A stretch of DNA of 64,000 nt, taken from the NCBI GenBank assembly GCA_965261595.1, contig CBDHDG010000006.1, positions 192,001-256,000 on the forward strand, given 5' to 3'. The notes beneath the pieces are model-generated. The model was not told the DNA's origin and searched no databases. It worked only from the letters and a program-made list of their open reading frames with translations. Made by a program: the position numbers and the translations under genes. Of the stretch, positions 41,256 through 52,730 are shown in pieces. The stretch is from a bacterium. GTDB taxonomy: Bacteria; UBA8248; JACPRG01; G963555815. Positions within the stretch are counted from its first letter, which is position 1; each line of letters begins with the position of its first letter.

Positions 41256-44200
41256 CCCGCATTTCCCATATGGATGATAATTTTTAACGCCCCGAAGGCC
41301 GTTTTCTCGTGTAAAATCAAAGTGTTGGCCTCTCCCTGCCATCATCTTGCGAGGGGACCCGATGGGTGAAGCGAAAAAGAGGCCGTTGAGGCTCCAATTC
41401 GACGGTCGGCTCAGGCTGGAGTTTCACGGAGCAAAGGTTACGAGTGACGCCGGTTTGCTTGCCTATCGTGAACTGGATGAGGTGTTGGGGCTGACGAAGG
41501 CGGCCGAGGGGTTTCTGTCCGATTCACGGACGGGCGGGAACACCCGGCACAGCCTCACCGCTTTGGTGCGCCAGTCGGTCTACAGCCGCCTGGCAGGATA
41601 TAAAGACACCAATGATGCCGAGCGGCTCTGTGTCGATCCCGCCATGCGTCAGGTGGTTGGGGGGCGAGCGAAGTATCACACCGCTGCCTCCACCAGCCAG
41701 ATGAGCCGATTCGAGACGCAGACCCTCACCCGGCCCCTTAACCCCTCAAGGCGCTGAGCGGTCTGCCCGGTGTGTTGGTGGATCGTGTCCGCAAACGCAA
41801 GCCGATTCGCAAGCTGATCCTGGACATGGACAGTTCGGTCAGCCCGACCCACGGTGAGCAGGAAGGCTCTTCCTACAACGGCCACTTCGGCTGCACCTGC
41901 TATCACCCACTGTTTTGCTTCAACCAGTTTGGCGATCTGGAGCGGGCGCTGTTGCGCAACGGCAAGGTCCACAGCGCTGATGACTGGTGGTCTGTATTGG
42001 AGCCGGTGGTAGCTCGCTACCGGGATGCGAAGGTCTGTCGGTTTTTTCGAGGCGACGCGGCATTTGCCAAGCCGGAGGTGTACCGATACCTTGAGGCGGA
42101 GGGCTACTCCTATGCGATTCGGCTTCCGGCCAACGCCATCTTGTACAGGGACATCGAATGCCTTCTGACCCGGCCGGTTGGCCGACCGCCCAAAAGGCCC
42201 ATTATCTTCTACCACAGCGTCTCCTATCAGGCGGCTAGTTGGGAGAAGCCTCGCCGGGTGGTGGTGGCGGTCGAGTGGCACCAGGGCGAGTTGTTTCCAA
42301 GAGTCAGCTTCATCGTGACCAACCTGCACTGGCGGGAAGAGAACGTCGTGAGGTTCTACAACCAGCGTGGGACGGCGGAGCAGTGGATCAAGGAGGGCAA
42401 GTACGCCCTGAACTGGACGCGCCTGTCCTGCCACGGCTTTGAAGAGAACCAGGTCCGCTTGCAACTATTTGCCTTGGCGTACAACCTGGCAAACTTCCTG
42501 CGGCGGCTGGCGTTGCCCAGAGCGGTGAAGCACTGGTCGCTGACGACGTTACGCGAGAAGCTGATTAAGATTGGGGCCAAGGTGGTCACCCACGCCCGGC
42601 ACACCACCTTCCAGATGGCCGAGGTGGCCGTGCCGCGTCAACTGTTCAGGGCAATCCTTGAACGAATTCGACGGTTGTGGTTACCGCCTCCCGTACCAGA
42701 TACCGGATGACGGAGCAGATGGCCCGGAAGCTTAGTGACGTGGTGGAGACGGGGGATCAGTCTGTGCCGAACTCCCCTGAGTGTGCCGGTAGAGCTGGGT
42801 TTTCAAGGGATTGCGGCTTTAGGACGGCCGTTGCCCCTCGATTGAGCAGAGGGTTCTGCAAAGAGACCCTGTCCCCCGCTCTAGGGTTTTGTTGGACACT
42901 CGATTGATCCATGATTCATGGAGAAAGGGGTGTCGCGATGAACGAACAAAAGCAAGAGGGGGCTTTGGCGGAGGGCGCCCGCAGGGCGAACGGAGCCAAG
43001 GCCCCAGGGCATCGCAGTGAGCGGGGTCGGTTCTCCTGCCAGCGCAAGCGGGAGGCGGTCCTGCGTCTTTTGCGGGGCGAGAGCCTGGAGACGCTCTGCC
43101 GCGAGTTGGGCACGACAGCGGCTCGGCTTTCCGCCTGGCGCGAGGCGTTCCTTCGCGGGGGCGAGGCGGCGCTCAAAGCCCGCCCGGCGGATGAGCGGGA
43201 CGAGGAGAACGCCCGGCTCAAGGCCAAGGTGGGCGAACTCACGATGGAGGGCGAGGTCCTGCGGGAGAAGATCGACCGCCTGGAGGCCGGCCGCCCTTTA
43301 GCCGGCAGGAGGTGGAGGCGATGAGTCAGGCCCGCTTCACCTCCACGGGCAGAGCCTACGGCCTGAAGCGGGTGTGCGCCCTTTGGGGCTTGGCGCGCTC
43401 CACGGTCTACGCGCAACGGCGGCGAGAGGCGGTCCCCGTTCATGAACGCCCCACGCCCAATAAGCGCGGCCCTGTGGGCCCGTGCACCGATGCGGAACTC
43501 CTCGGCCACATCCGGCAGGTCCTGGAGGACTCTCCCTTCCATGGCGAGGGCTACCGCAAGGTGTGGGCGAGGCTGCGCTTCGCGGGCATCCGCACCAGCA
43601 AGGAGCGGGTGCGTCGCCTGATGCGGGAGGCGGGGCTTCAGGCCCCCCACCGGGTGGGCAAACCCCGAGGTCCCAAGGCCCACAACGGGACCATCCGCAC
43701 CGAGCGGCCCGACCGAATGTGGGGCACGGACATGACGACGACGGTGACCACCGAGGAGGGGATGGCCTCGGTGTTCGTGGCGGTGGATCACTGCTCGGTG
43801 GACTGCGTGGGGATCCATGCGGCCAAGAGCGGCAACCGCTTCGAGGCCCTGGAGCCGATCCGGCAGGGGGTCGCCGAGCGCTTCGCCGGCTTGGAGGCGG
43901 ACGTCGCCGAGGGGCTTAAAGTTCGTCACGACCACGGCCCCGCCTATCTGTCCGATGACTTTCAGCGGGAGATCGCCTACCTGGGCATGACCAGTTCGCC
44001 CAGCTTCGTGCGGGCGCCCGAGGGAAATGGCTACTGTGAGTGGTTTATCCGCATCTTGAAGGAGAATCTCCTGTGGGTGCGCTCTTTCGCCACCGTAGAG
44101 GAACTGCGGTGGGCGCTGCTTGAGTTCAAAAACCTGTACAACCATCATTGGATTCTCGAGGGCTACGGCTACCGAACGCCGGCCCAGGCAAGGCAGGAAA

Positions 44201-44358
44201 AACTCGCTCAAGTTGCGGAGGCCGCATGAGGTCGAATACCCTCACCCGAGTGTCCAATAACCCAGGGGCGGTCCACCTGAATCTGTAGTAAAATGGGGTA
44301 CTTTGATGACACAGGAGGACCGCAGGATGGCTAAGAGTGGTCATCTGGGAAATCCCGG
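41256..44358 (+). mobile_element. IS1380-family element (copy of 28800-30492; transposase frameshifted near 41740) carrying IS3 copy 4 in its 3' region
   Basis: Near-identical sequence and IRs to 28800-30492. Confidence 0.92.
42872..44275 (+). mobile_element. IS3-family type A, copy 4 (intact)
   Basis: 1404 bp; CCTG duplication (42868-42871 / 44276-44279). Confidence 0.95.
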
Positions 44359-44967
44359 TTTAAATCAAGACAACTCTTGTATTGACCACCCGTTGCTCTT
44401 TAACTCAATTAGAGCCCTCTTTACCGGGGCTGTCAACACCATTTCGGGCGCCTGAAACCCTGATCGGAGCGGTATCCGCCATTGGAAAACCATGTCAGCG
44501 CCGGCGTGTAAACGGGCTTGACCACCAGGTTTGGAGTCTTCGTCATTTTGCCCTTGTGTGGACTCCGCTTAGGGTCGCTAGACAGGCACCGGGCATCATC
44601 GCTTGATTCTCTCCAAGATAAGGGCAAATGTCTTCCTGGATACACCGACCTCGGCCAACTGGAAGGTGATGTGGCGGGCGTACCGCACGAGCCGGCCGCC
44701 CATTTTGAGGAGCTTAAGCTGAAGGCCGCGTAACGACCAGTGCTTGATCCCTCTCGGCAGGCCAGCAATCCCGCATCCGAAGTCATTCTGGTTCCGTGAA
44801 ACTCAAGCCTCAGCCGACGCTCAAAACGGACCTTCAACGCCCACTTTTTCGCTTCACCCATTGGATTACCCCGCGAGAGGATGGCTCGGGGAGGCTCATG
44901 CATTGATTTTACTCCAGAAAATGTCCTCCGGTCCGACAAAAGTTATGATCCATATGGGATATCTGGG
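44359..44967 (-). mobile_element. Internally deleted IS1380-family derivative
   Basis: End [55 protein letters not shown] fused directly to 3' transposase sequence. Confidence 0.8.
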
Positions 44968-45189
44968 GTGACTTGTCCCTGGCACGGGGCCCGGTTCAAC
45001 ATCGAGAGCGGCGATGCCCTCAGCGCCCCCGCCCCGTCCGGCGTCTCGTGCTACCCGGTCCGCCTGGAGGGCGACGACATCTTGATCGAAGTCTGAAATA
45101 AAATCCGCAGGGGGGGGGATTCGGGCCGGCTCTACAGGACCAGCCCTTGCCGGCGCGCCCGGATGGGGAGGGCCGTCACGGGAGAACCC

Positions 45190-45325
45190 ATGAACAATCG
45201 GGATCCGCAAATCGCTCGAAATTATCACGAGGGGACCAAACACTCCGTACAGAGCATCCGGGCGGACCCCCATCCCCTCGACTGGGAAAACCATCCGCTG
45301 CCTTTCAAGGTGTATCCGGGATTAC
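45190..45325 (+). pseudogene. 5' fragment of a SagB/ThcOx-like nitroreductase
   Basis: ARNYHEGTKHS...LDWENHPLPFKVYP, then an abrupt change in composition. Confidence 0.65.
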
Positions 45326-45334
45326 AAGTATTCC

Positions 45335-45631
45335 TTGCTTCCCAACACGCCCAAATTCGTTGAATGGTGCGATTTTAAGGTCAAGAAATCCAAGAAACTC
45401 GCCCAACCCCGCAGGATTGCCTGTGGCAACTTCGCCCGTTCAATCTTCTACATGCACAGGGAGTATGGGCTGCCCGTTCCTCAAATTATGAAAGGGCTAC
45501 TTCTCAGATGGAACCGCGCAGATCGCGTTAGCCGCCATGAAAGGAGACGAAATAACGCCATAGAACGGCTTCAGGGCACACGCAATCCGTTCATTGACAA
45601 TCCACGCTTAGCAAACAGCCTGGGCTTTTGA
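45335..45631 (+). pseudogene. 3' fragment of an endonuclease I (EndA/Dns-like) gene
   Basis: GNFARSIFYM...WNRADRVSRHERRRNNAIERLQGTRNPFID. Confidence 0.65.
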
Positions 45632-45739
45632 AGGCCATCGGAATCGGGCTGTAGGAATTGGCCTGGATTACGGCTCGACGGGATGTAAAGAGGCCGTGAA
45701 CCCGTGGTGAGATCAGGCTTTCGTCAGGTCACAAGAGGG

Positions 45740-45865
45740 TGTAAACGGCGGTGTAAAACTGTCCCACTGAGGCGGTCGGATATTCTGGCCGCGGCGGTCT
45801 AAAAGTGGACCGCTCTTTGGTCTTCCTTCAGGTTTGCAGGATACGACCTGAAGGGCGGATGGGAG
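45740..45865 (+). mobile_element. IS21-like terminal remnant
   Basis: TGTAAACGGCGGTGTAAAACTGTCCCAC terminus with repeated GGCGGT...AAAA subterminal motifs. Confidence 0.5.
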
Positions 45866-47025
45866 TGGAGTTGACCCGGTTTGGTGGACACCTGATGATT
45901 TGGGGGTAAAGGAGGTGTTCACGATGCCACAGACTCACCCACGCTATCCAATGGAGTTCCGCTGCCAGATGGTAGAGTTGGTCCGGGCGGGACGCACGCC
46001 CGAGGCGCTGGCGCACGAGTTCGAGCCCTCGGCGCAGACGATCCGCACCTGGGCCCATCAAGCCGACGTTGACGAGGGGCGTCGCAAAGACGGGCTCACG
46101 AGCGATGAGCGGGAGGAGTTGCGCCGACTTCGCCGCGAGAACCGACAGCTCCGCCAGGAGCGGGAGATCTTAGCAAAAGCCGCGGCCTGGTTTGCTCGGG
46201 AGACCGATTCGATCCCGTCCGGATCTACGGGTTCGTGAGGGCGAACCAGGCCATGTATCGGACCGCCACCATGTGCCGGGTGCTGGGCGTCTCCTCCAGC
46301 GGCTACTACGCGTGGCGCAGGCGCGCGCCGTGTGCCCGCTCGTGTGCCGATCGGGCGCTCACCAAACGCATTCAGGCGATCCACGAGCGTTCTCGGGGGA
46401 CTTACGGCGTGCCGCGCGTCCATGCCGAGTTGGAGGCTGAGGGAGTGCGTGTGGGCCGCAAGCGCGTCGCCAGGCTGATGCGTGGGGCGGGACTTGCGGG
46501 CGTCAGTCGGCGCAAGGGAGCGCGCACGACGCAGCGCCGGCAGGAGGCGCGGCCGGCCCCTGATCTGGTGGACCGCAACTTCACGGCCGAGGCCCCCGAC
46601 CGGCTGTGGGTGGCCGACATCACCTACGTTCCGACATGGGCGGGGTTTTTGTATCTGGCCGTGGCGCTCGATGCGTTCAGCCGGCGCATCGTGGGGTGGT
46701 CGATGGCCACACACCTGCGGGCCGAGTTGGTGCTCGACGCGCTCGACATGGCGCTGTATAAGCGCCGTCCCCGGGCCGTCATCCACCACTCCGACCAGGG
46801 CACGCAGTACACCTCGGTCGCCTTTGGGCAGCGCTGCCGGCAGGCGGGCGGGCGTCCCTCCATGGGTTCGGTCGGGGACTGCTACGACAACGCGCTGTGT
46901 GAGAGCTTTTTCGCCACGCTGGAGTGCGAGCTCCTCGCTCGCCACAGTTTCCGCACCCGGGCCGAGGCGCGCATGGAGGTGTTCGGGTTCATCGAGGGCT
47001 TCTACAACCCGCATCGTCGGCACTC
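45866..47025 (+). mobile_element. IS3-family element type B (orfA 45924-46238, orfB 46235-47025), 3' end truncated by IS3 copy 5
   Basis: IR TGGAGTTGACCCGGTTTGGTGGACACC; AAAAG slippery site; WVADITY, HHSDQG, GDCYDNA. Confidence 0.9.
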
Positions 47026-48429
47026 TGGACCGCCCCTGGGTTATTGGACACTCGGGTGAGGGTATTCGACCTCATGCGGCCTCCGCAACTTGAGCGAGTT
47101 TTTCCTGCCTTGCCTGGGCCGGCGTTCGGTAGCCGTAGCCCTCGAGAATCCAATGATGGTTATACAGGTTCTTGAACTCAAGCAGCGCCCACCGCAGTTC
47201 CTCTACGGTGGCGAAAGAGCGCACCCACAGGAGATTCTCCTTCAAGATGCGGATGAACCACTCACAGTAGCCATTTCCCTCGGGCGCCCGCACGAAGCTG
47301 GGCGAACTGGTCATGCCCAGGTAGGCGATCTCCCGCTGAAAGTCATCGGACAGATAGGCGGGGCCGTGGTCGTGACGAACTTTAAGCCCCTCGGCGACGT
47401 CCGCCTCCAAGCCGGCGAAGCGCTCGGCGACCCCCTGCCGGATCGGCTCCAGGGCCTCGAAGCGGTTGCCGCTCTTGGCCGCATGGATCCCCACGCAGTC
47501 CACCGAGCAGTGATCCACCGCCACGAACACCGAGGCCATCCCCTCCTCGGTGGTCACCGTCGTCGTCATGTCCGTGCCCCACATTCGGTCGGGCCGCTCG
47601 GTGCGGATGGTCCCGTTGTGGGCCTTGGGACCTCGGGGTTTGCCCACCCGGTGGGGGGCCTGAAGCCCCGCCTCCCGCATCAGGCGACGCACCCGCTCCT
47701 TGCTGGTGCGGATGCCCGCGAAGCGCAGCCTCGCCCACACCTTGCGGTAGCCCTCGCCATGGAAGGGAGAGTCCTCCAGGACCTGCCGGATGTGGCCGAG
47801 GAGTTCCGCATCGGTGCACGGGCCCACAGGGCCGCGCTTATTGGGCGTGGGGCGTTCATGAACGGGGACCGCCTCTCGCCGCCGTTGCGCGTAGACCGTG
47901 GAGCGCGCCAAGCCCCAAAGGGCGCACACCCGCTTCAGGCCGTAGGCTCTGCCCGTGGAGGTGAAGCGGGCCTGACTCATCGCCTCCACCTCCTGCCGGC
48001 TAAAGGGCGGCCGGCCTCCAGGCGGTCGATCTTCTCCCGCAGGACCTCGCCCTCCATCGTGAGTTCGCCCACCTTGGCCTTGAGCCGGGCGTTCTCCTCG
48101 TCCCGCTCATCCGCCGGGCGGGCTTTGAGCGCCGCCTCGCCCCCGCGAAGGAACGCCTCGCGCCAGGCGGAAAGCCGAACCGCTGTCGTGCCCAACTCGC
48201 GGCAGAGCGTCTCCAGGCTCTCGCCCCGCAAAAGACGCAGGACCGCCTCCCGCTTGCGCTGGCAGGAGAACCGACCCCGCTCACTGCGATGCCCTGGGGC
48301 CTTGGCTCCGTTCGCCCTGCGGGCGCCCTCCGCCAAAGCCCCCTCTTGCTTTTGTTCGTTCATCGCGACACCCCTTTCTCCATGAATCATGGATCAATCG
48401 AGTGTCCAACAAAACCCTAGAGCGGGGGA
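47026..48429 (-). mobile_element. IS3-family type A, copy 5
   Basis: 1404 bp, nearly identical to copy 1; flanks ACTC / AGAT are not duplicated. Confidence 0.94.
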
Positions 48430-48607
48430 AGATGCGGGTTCCGGGCGGGGGGTGTTGAGGGGTGTCGCCGAAGCGACTGTGCAGGCGGTTGTACTCGTAC
48501 ACCATAATGTCTTCGGCTTCGAGCAGGAGCCGCGTGCCTTCGTCCAAGTTGACTCGCGCAGCATCCTAAAGGTTCTTCATTGATTTCTCAGACAGGTGGA
48601 AAGACGA

Positions 48608-49323
48608 ATGAACAGCAAACAGGTTTACGAACTCCCTGGAATCGACGTTAAAAGAAGCGAATTCTATAAAAAATCGCGGAGAATGACTCATCTAGGAAAC
48701 AACTCGAGGAGTTTGTCATTCCTAAGGAGACCGGCAAGGCCTTCGTTGTGAAGAAAGGGCAGATCCTACGGGTAATCGAGATTGATGGTCCTCAGGTGGC
48801 AGATTTCAATGCTTTTAATAAGGAGGCCCCTCGAGAGATGTTCTGGTCTGGAAGAACTCGAATCTTTCACGGGGCTCATCTTACAGTAGGGAATCAGCTT
48901 TGGAGTACACCTCCGAATATGCGTCCAATGTTCACAATTATTTCTGACACCGTCGATCACAAGCCCCTCCCTCACGGTGCCGCCTCACACGATTTGCTAT
49001 ATCAGAGGTGCAATGAAAGGTTCTTTGAGGTTATGACAGGCGAGAAAGATTGTCCCAACTGCCAGGACAACATGGCGCGCGCGGTAGAAGATTTTGGCCT
49101 CACCCCTGATTATATTCATGACGCCTTCAACCTTTCCATGGCGACAGGAATCGACGACAATGATCGACTCTTTTATCTCGAACCTGATGCCAAGAAGGGA
49201 GATTACATGGAATTGCATGCTGAGTTTGACTGCATCGTTGCCATTTCGGTGTGCCCAGAGGATTGTAGTGGACCGCAGAACAAGGCAATAGGGGTGAAAA
49301 TCTTCAATGGCCCGGGCCGCTAG
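48608..49323 (+). CDS. DUF1989 / urea carboxylase-associated family protein (frameshift in the A-run near 48670)
   Basis: FVVKKGQILRVIEIDGPQVADFNAF, HDLLYQRC, NCQDN, AISVCP. Confidence 0.8.
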
Positions 49324-49376
49324 AGGTGTCTCACGTCCGTCAGACGATTGAGACACCACAAGTGGTCTCCCAACAA

Positions 49377-49964
49377 TTAGGGATGAGAAATCTTTGGCTT
49401 GTTTGGAGGAAAGAAAAAGATCTTTCCGGTGTCCCCAGTGATAAGTGTCCGCGTCTTTCCAGCTTTGTCGTATAGTTCAATACTGCCACCTCCCCCATAG
49501 AGCAAAATCCGCATCTTTCCGGCTTTGTTGTATGCTCTGATCATGCCACGTTCCCCCTGGATACAAATCCGCATCTTTCCGGCTGAGTCTTTTACTTTGA
49601 TAGTGCAACCAAACAAACTGAACGTGATCCGCTCCTTTCCGGCGTGGTCATATACTCTGACATTGCCACTTGACCCACCGAGCCTAACCCGCGTCTTTCC
49701 GGCTGAATCTTTCGCGTAGAGAGTGCCACTGTTACCATGGAGACTAAGCCGCTTCTTTCCGGCTTTATCCTTTAGGAAAATCGAACTCGTCGTGATGCTC
49801 GATGGGCTGATGGCGCCCGTATACGCCACCGTCCAGCCCGCCGTACCGGCGACAACGGCAAAAAGAGTCAGGGTGCCTACCCCCACGAGGGTATTGCCCA
49901 GCCTTTTACACCTTTTCTCCAGCGCTTCGATTCGTTGCTCGATTGTCATCGGGTTTTCTCCCAT
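49377..49964 (-). CDS. Membrane-anchored protein with six 20-aa (D/N)xAGKxR repeats
   Basis: N-terminal coiled coil and TM helix, then 60-nt periodic repeats. Confidence 0.65.
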   Translation of the reverse strand: MGENPMTIEQRIEALEKRCKRLGNTLVGVGTLTLFAVVAGTAGWTVAYTGAISPSSITTSSIFLKDKAGKKRLSLHGNSGTLYAKDSAGKTRVRLGGSSGNVRVYDHAGKERITFSLFGCTIKVKDSAGKMRICIQGERGMIRAYNKAGKMRILLYGGGGSIELYDKAGKTRTLITGDTGKIFFFPPNKPKISHP

Positions 49965-50019
49965 TTGGACCTGCGAGAATGACGGGGAAGGTTGGTTGTC
50001 GGGATTGGCAAAGGGTAAT

Positions 50020-52256
50020 TTAAGGAGCCTTGGCGCAACGGAAACTCAAGAAGTTATACCTGCTGTGGGCTTGCTGCCAGTTCCGGGTCGTCGCGCGAAA
50101 CCACGATTTGCCGTAAATGTTCTTGTATGCTCCCCACGAGCCACCACGGACTACCCGCCTGTTGCCCAAGGATGGCCCCTTCGGGTTGCGATTCGGGGCA
50201 TTGCGGTAATAATCCTTTCGATACCAGTCCGCCAGCCACTCCCACGTGTTCCCCACAAGGTCCACCGCTCCATATGGACTCCGGTGGGTGTTGTACGTCC
50301 GGTCTACGGCGTGCGTCCGCTTGCCGCTGTTCTCCCTCAGATCATCTTCGAGCCGTCCCACTGATTGCCCCAGGGATACTTCCGGCCGTCCACGCCACGA
50401 GCTGCCTTCTCCCGCTCGGCCTCCGTCGGAAGGCGTTTGCCGACGGAGGCGCAATAATCCCGCGCCTGGAACCACGTCACGCCCACGACAGGCTGGCGGG
50501 CCTCGTTGAACTTCGCACCTGCATCGTAGTCCGGCCTTCCGAACCTCCGGAACCGGCTGTTCGTCACCGGATACTTGTCGATGTAGAAAGCATCCAGGTA
50601 CACTCGCCGGCGGGGCTTCTCGTCATTGTTCCCCCTCTCGCTCCCCATGACGAACCAACCCGCAGGGACCTTGACCATCCCGGGAGGGATCGGCGCCACG
50701 GAAAGGACGGCCATCAGCCGGTTGCTCCGACGGACGGAGATGTTCATCTTCCGCTCGAACTTCTTGTAGCCCGGCTTCACGACGCGGATCACCCTTGCCC
50801 CTCCGGGAACCGAGGCAATCAGGGGCGTCCTCCCCACCCTCTCCTTGCCCACGAAGACGTCCGCCTCCAAGGGATCGGAGACGACCTTCAACCGGCCCTT
50901 CAGGACTTCAAGCTTGAGCTTCGCACGGTTGATCACTCCCCGCCGGACGCTCACGGTCGTCGAGGCCACCATGTAATCGCCCTTTCGGGTGTTCACGCGT
51001 CGGTCCCCCGTCGAAATCCCCTCCAGAAGGACCGGCGTCTCTTTCCCCGTGTCTCGGCCGTCGATGAAAACCCGCGCACCGATGGGATCGGAGCTTACGT
51101 AAAGATCGGCCTTGGGAATGGAGGCCACAGGGGGCTGGACCAAAGGACGCGGCTTCACGGTGACGGGAACGGGCGGTGGACCGTCTGTCCGACGACTTTC
51201 AATCCCGGGAGCGGTGAACACAAACTGACCCACGCCCTCCATCTTCGCGAAGATCGGCGTCTGCTTCCCCCGGGTTATCGCCGTCACCTGCCCCTGGACG
51301 TACGCTGCAAGTTCCATCGCCGTCAGGACGCCGTCCTTCGGGCTCACGTCCGCCTCGCCGTCAAGACCCTCCAGGAGCCTGCGGGTGAACAGCCCGTGCC
51401 CCGCCTCCTCCCAGGCCCTCTGGTCCCGGTCGCCCGCCGTGAGGACTTGACGGAGCCGGCCCCGCGTGAGACGTGCGACGGTCTCGGCCTTGTAGCGCTT
51501 GGGCGTCTCACGGGCGGCCATCAGACCCGCGAAGCAGGCATCGATGGCGAAGAAGACGTGCTTGGCGGGAATCAGCCGCGCCATGTTGCAGAACTGGTTC
51601 ATGGGGATTCCCGTCGCCAGAAGGGCCTCCACCGTCCCCTCTACCGGGATGAGATAACCCATCTGCCCGCCGCCCGGTATGTCGACCGTGGTGCCGTGGC
51701 CCGCGAAGAAGATGAACACCCGGTCCTCAGGCTTCGTGTTCAGCCTCAAACGGTCAAAGGCCTGCCGGACGGCGAGCCCCGTCGCCTGGCCGTCTTCCAA
51801 CAGCGTGATGCGATTTTGTGAAAAGCCAACCTTCCTGAGGGCGGAAACGATAGAGCGGGCATCGTTGACGGCGTAGCTCAGGCGGAGGGATCGCTTCCTG
51901 TAACGGTTGATCCCCACCACCAGCGCCCAGGAGTCGCCGTAAGGCCGGGAGGCCGATGGGGTGGGACCCAAAGGAACGACGCCAATCGTCCGCTTACCGG
52001 AGACCTCGACGAGAGACTTGAAGACCCAGCCCTCCCGGCCCGTCTCCAGCAGGATCTTGAACCAGTCGCCCTGGCGGGCCTCGATGGGGAAGTTATCGGC
52101 TTTTTGGACCCTTCCGATCACGGGGTAGGACTTGCCAGGCCCGGAGCGCACGTTTCCCCGTTGGACCTTGACCGTCAGCGTCTGGGCGAACAGGGAGGGA
52201 GCAATAAGGACTGAGGCCAGAACGGCAATCAGGACGGTGCGCCAAGTTGGTCTCAT
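50020..52256 (-). CDS. Secreted SH3b + caspase-like (C14) + PEGA + FGE-sulfatase multidomain protein (frameshift near 50340)
   Basis: GNVRSGPG...GWV; ALVVGIN, FAGHG, DAC; VSSDPIGARVFIDG; FVMGS, RLPTEAE, GNTWEW, RGGSW, FRCA. Confidence 0.85.
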
Positions 52257-52444
52257 AGCTGGCCACCCGCAGCTCATTTGATGTGGCGATCGGGGAATTG
52301 ATCCATGACAGAGAAAAAGTTAGCACATTCCGGGGCCGAGAAGGATGTGAAATCACCCAAAAAAGGGTTGCCGTACTCCCGATTTACTCCCGTCAGCCAG
52401 CCCCACCATTCTAACTATCTGGAAAATAACAAGTTATAATTTGA

Positions 52445-52531
52445 TGGTGCCGAAGGGGAGACTCGAACTCCCACGAGGTTTCCCCCACTAGACCCTGAAC
52501 CTAGCGCGTCTACCAGTTCCGCCACTTCGGC
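52445..52531 (-). tRNA. tRNA-Leu(CAG)
   Basis: GCCGAAGTGGCGGAACTGGTAGACGCG-CTAGG-TTCAGGG-TCTAG, long variable arm, GTTCGAGTC, CTTCGGCACCA. Confidence 0.96.
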
Positions 52532-52730
52532 ACCTGAAAATCGAAACCAAGCGAAGAACCCGCCCACCCTCGGGTCACCCGACGCGAACTCCCGACGGAA
52601 CCCGCTGAATCGACAGTAAACCATGAAGAAATATAGCACCTGCGGATCGACCCGACAAGGGGGGGGCCTCCGAATCACGAAGGACGGGCGCGGGAGCCAA
52701 TTTCCCCCTCTCCCCCCTCCCTCCCCCAGC

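Larger units (their letters stand above)
41071..45096 (+). pseudogene. Rieske [2Fe-2S] ferredoxin split by a composite IS insertion
   Basis: 41071-41255 (...CTHKGGPLSEGEVEGNEVT) joins 44973-45096 (CPWHGARFNIESG...); GTGAC is duplicated at both junctions. Confidence 0.9.

Noticed and set aside
49440..49780. 60-nt periodic repeats as a CRISPR-like array
   Set aside because: The period is a multiple of three inside an open frame and conservation is at the protein level
50020..50160. FGE/CLec C-terminus as a diversity-generating retroelement variable region
   Set aside because: I saw no reverse transcriptase or template repeat in the window, and the codons do not show a clear AAY-derived pattern; a remote DGR cannot be excluded
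50337..50339. TGA in the FGE protein as a third selenocysteine
   Set aside because: The downstream domain continues in a different frame (TGG AGG with one G lost), so it is a frameshift
52445..52531. tRNA-Sec, given selB in the window
   Set aside because: The anticodon is CAG and the acceptor stem is 7 bp, so it is tRNA-Leu
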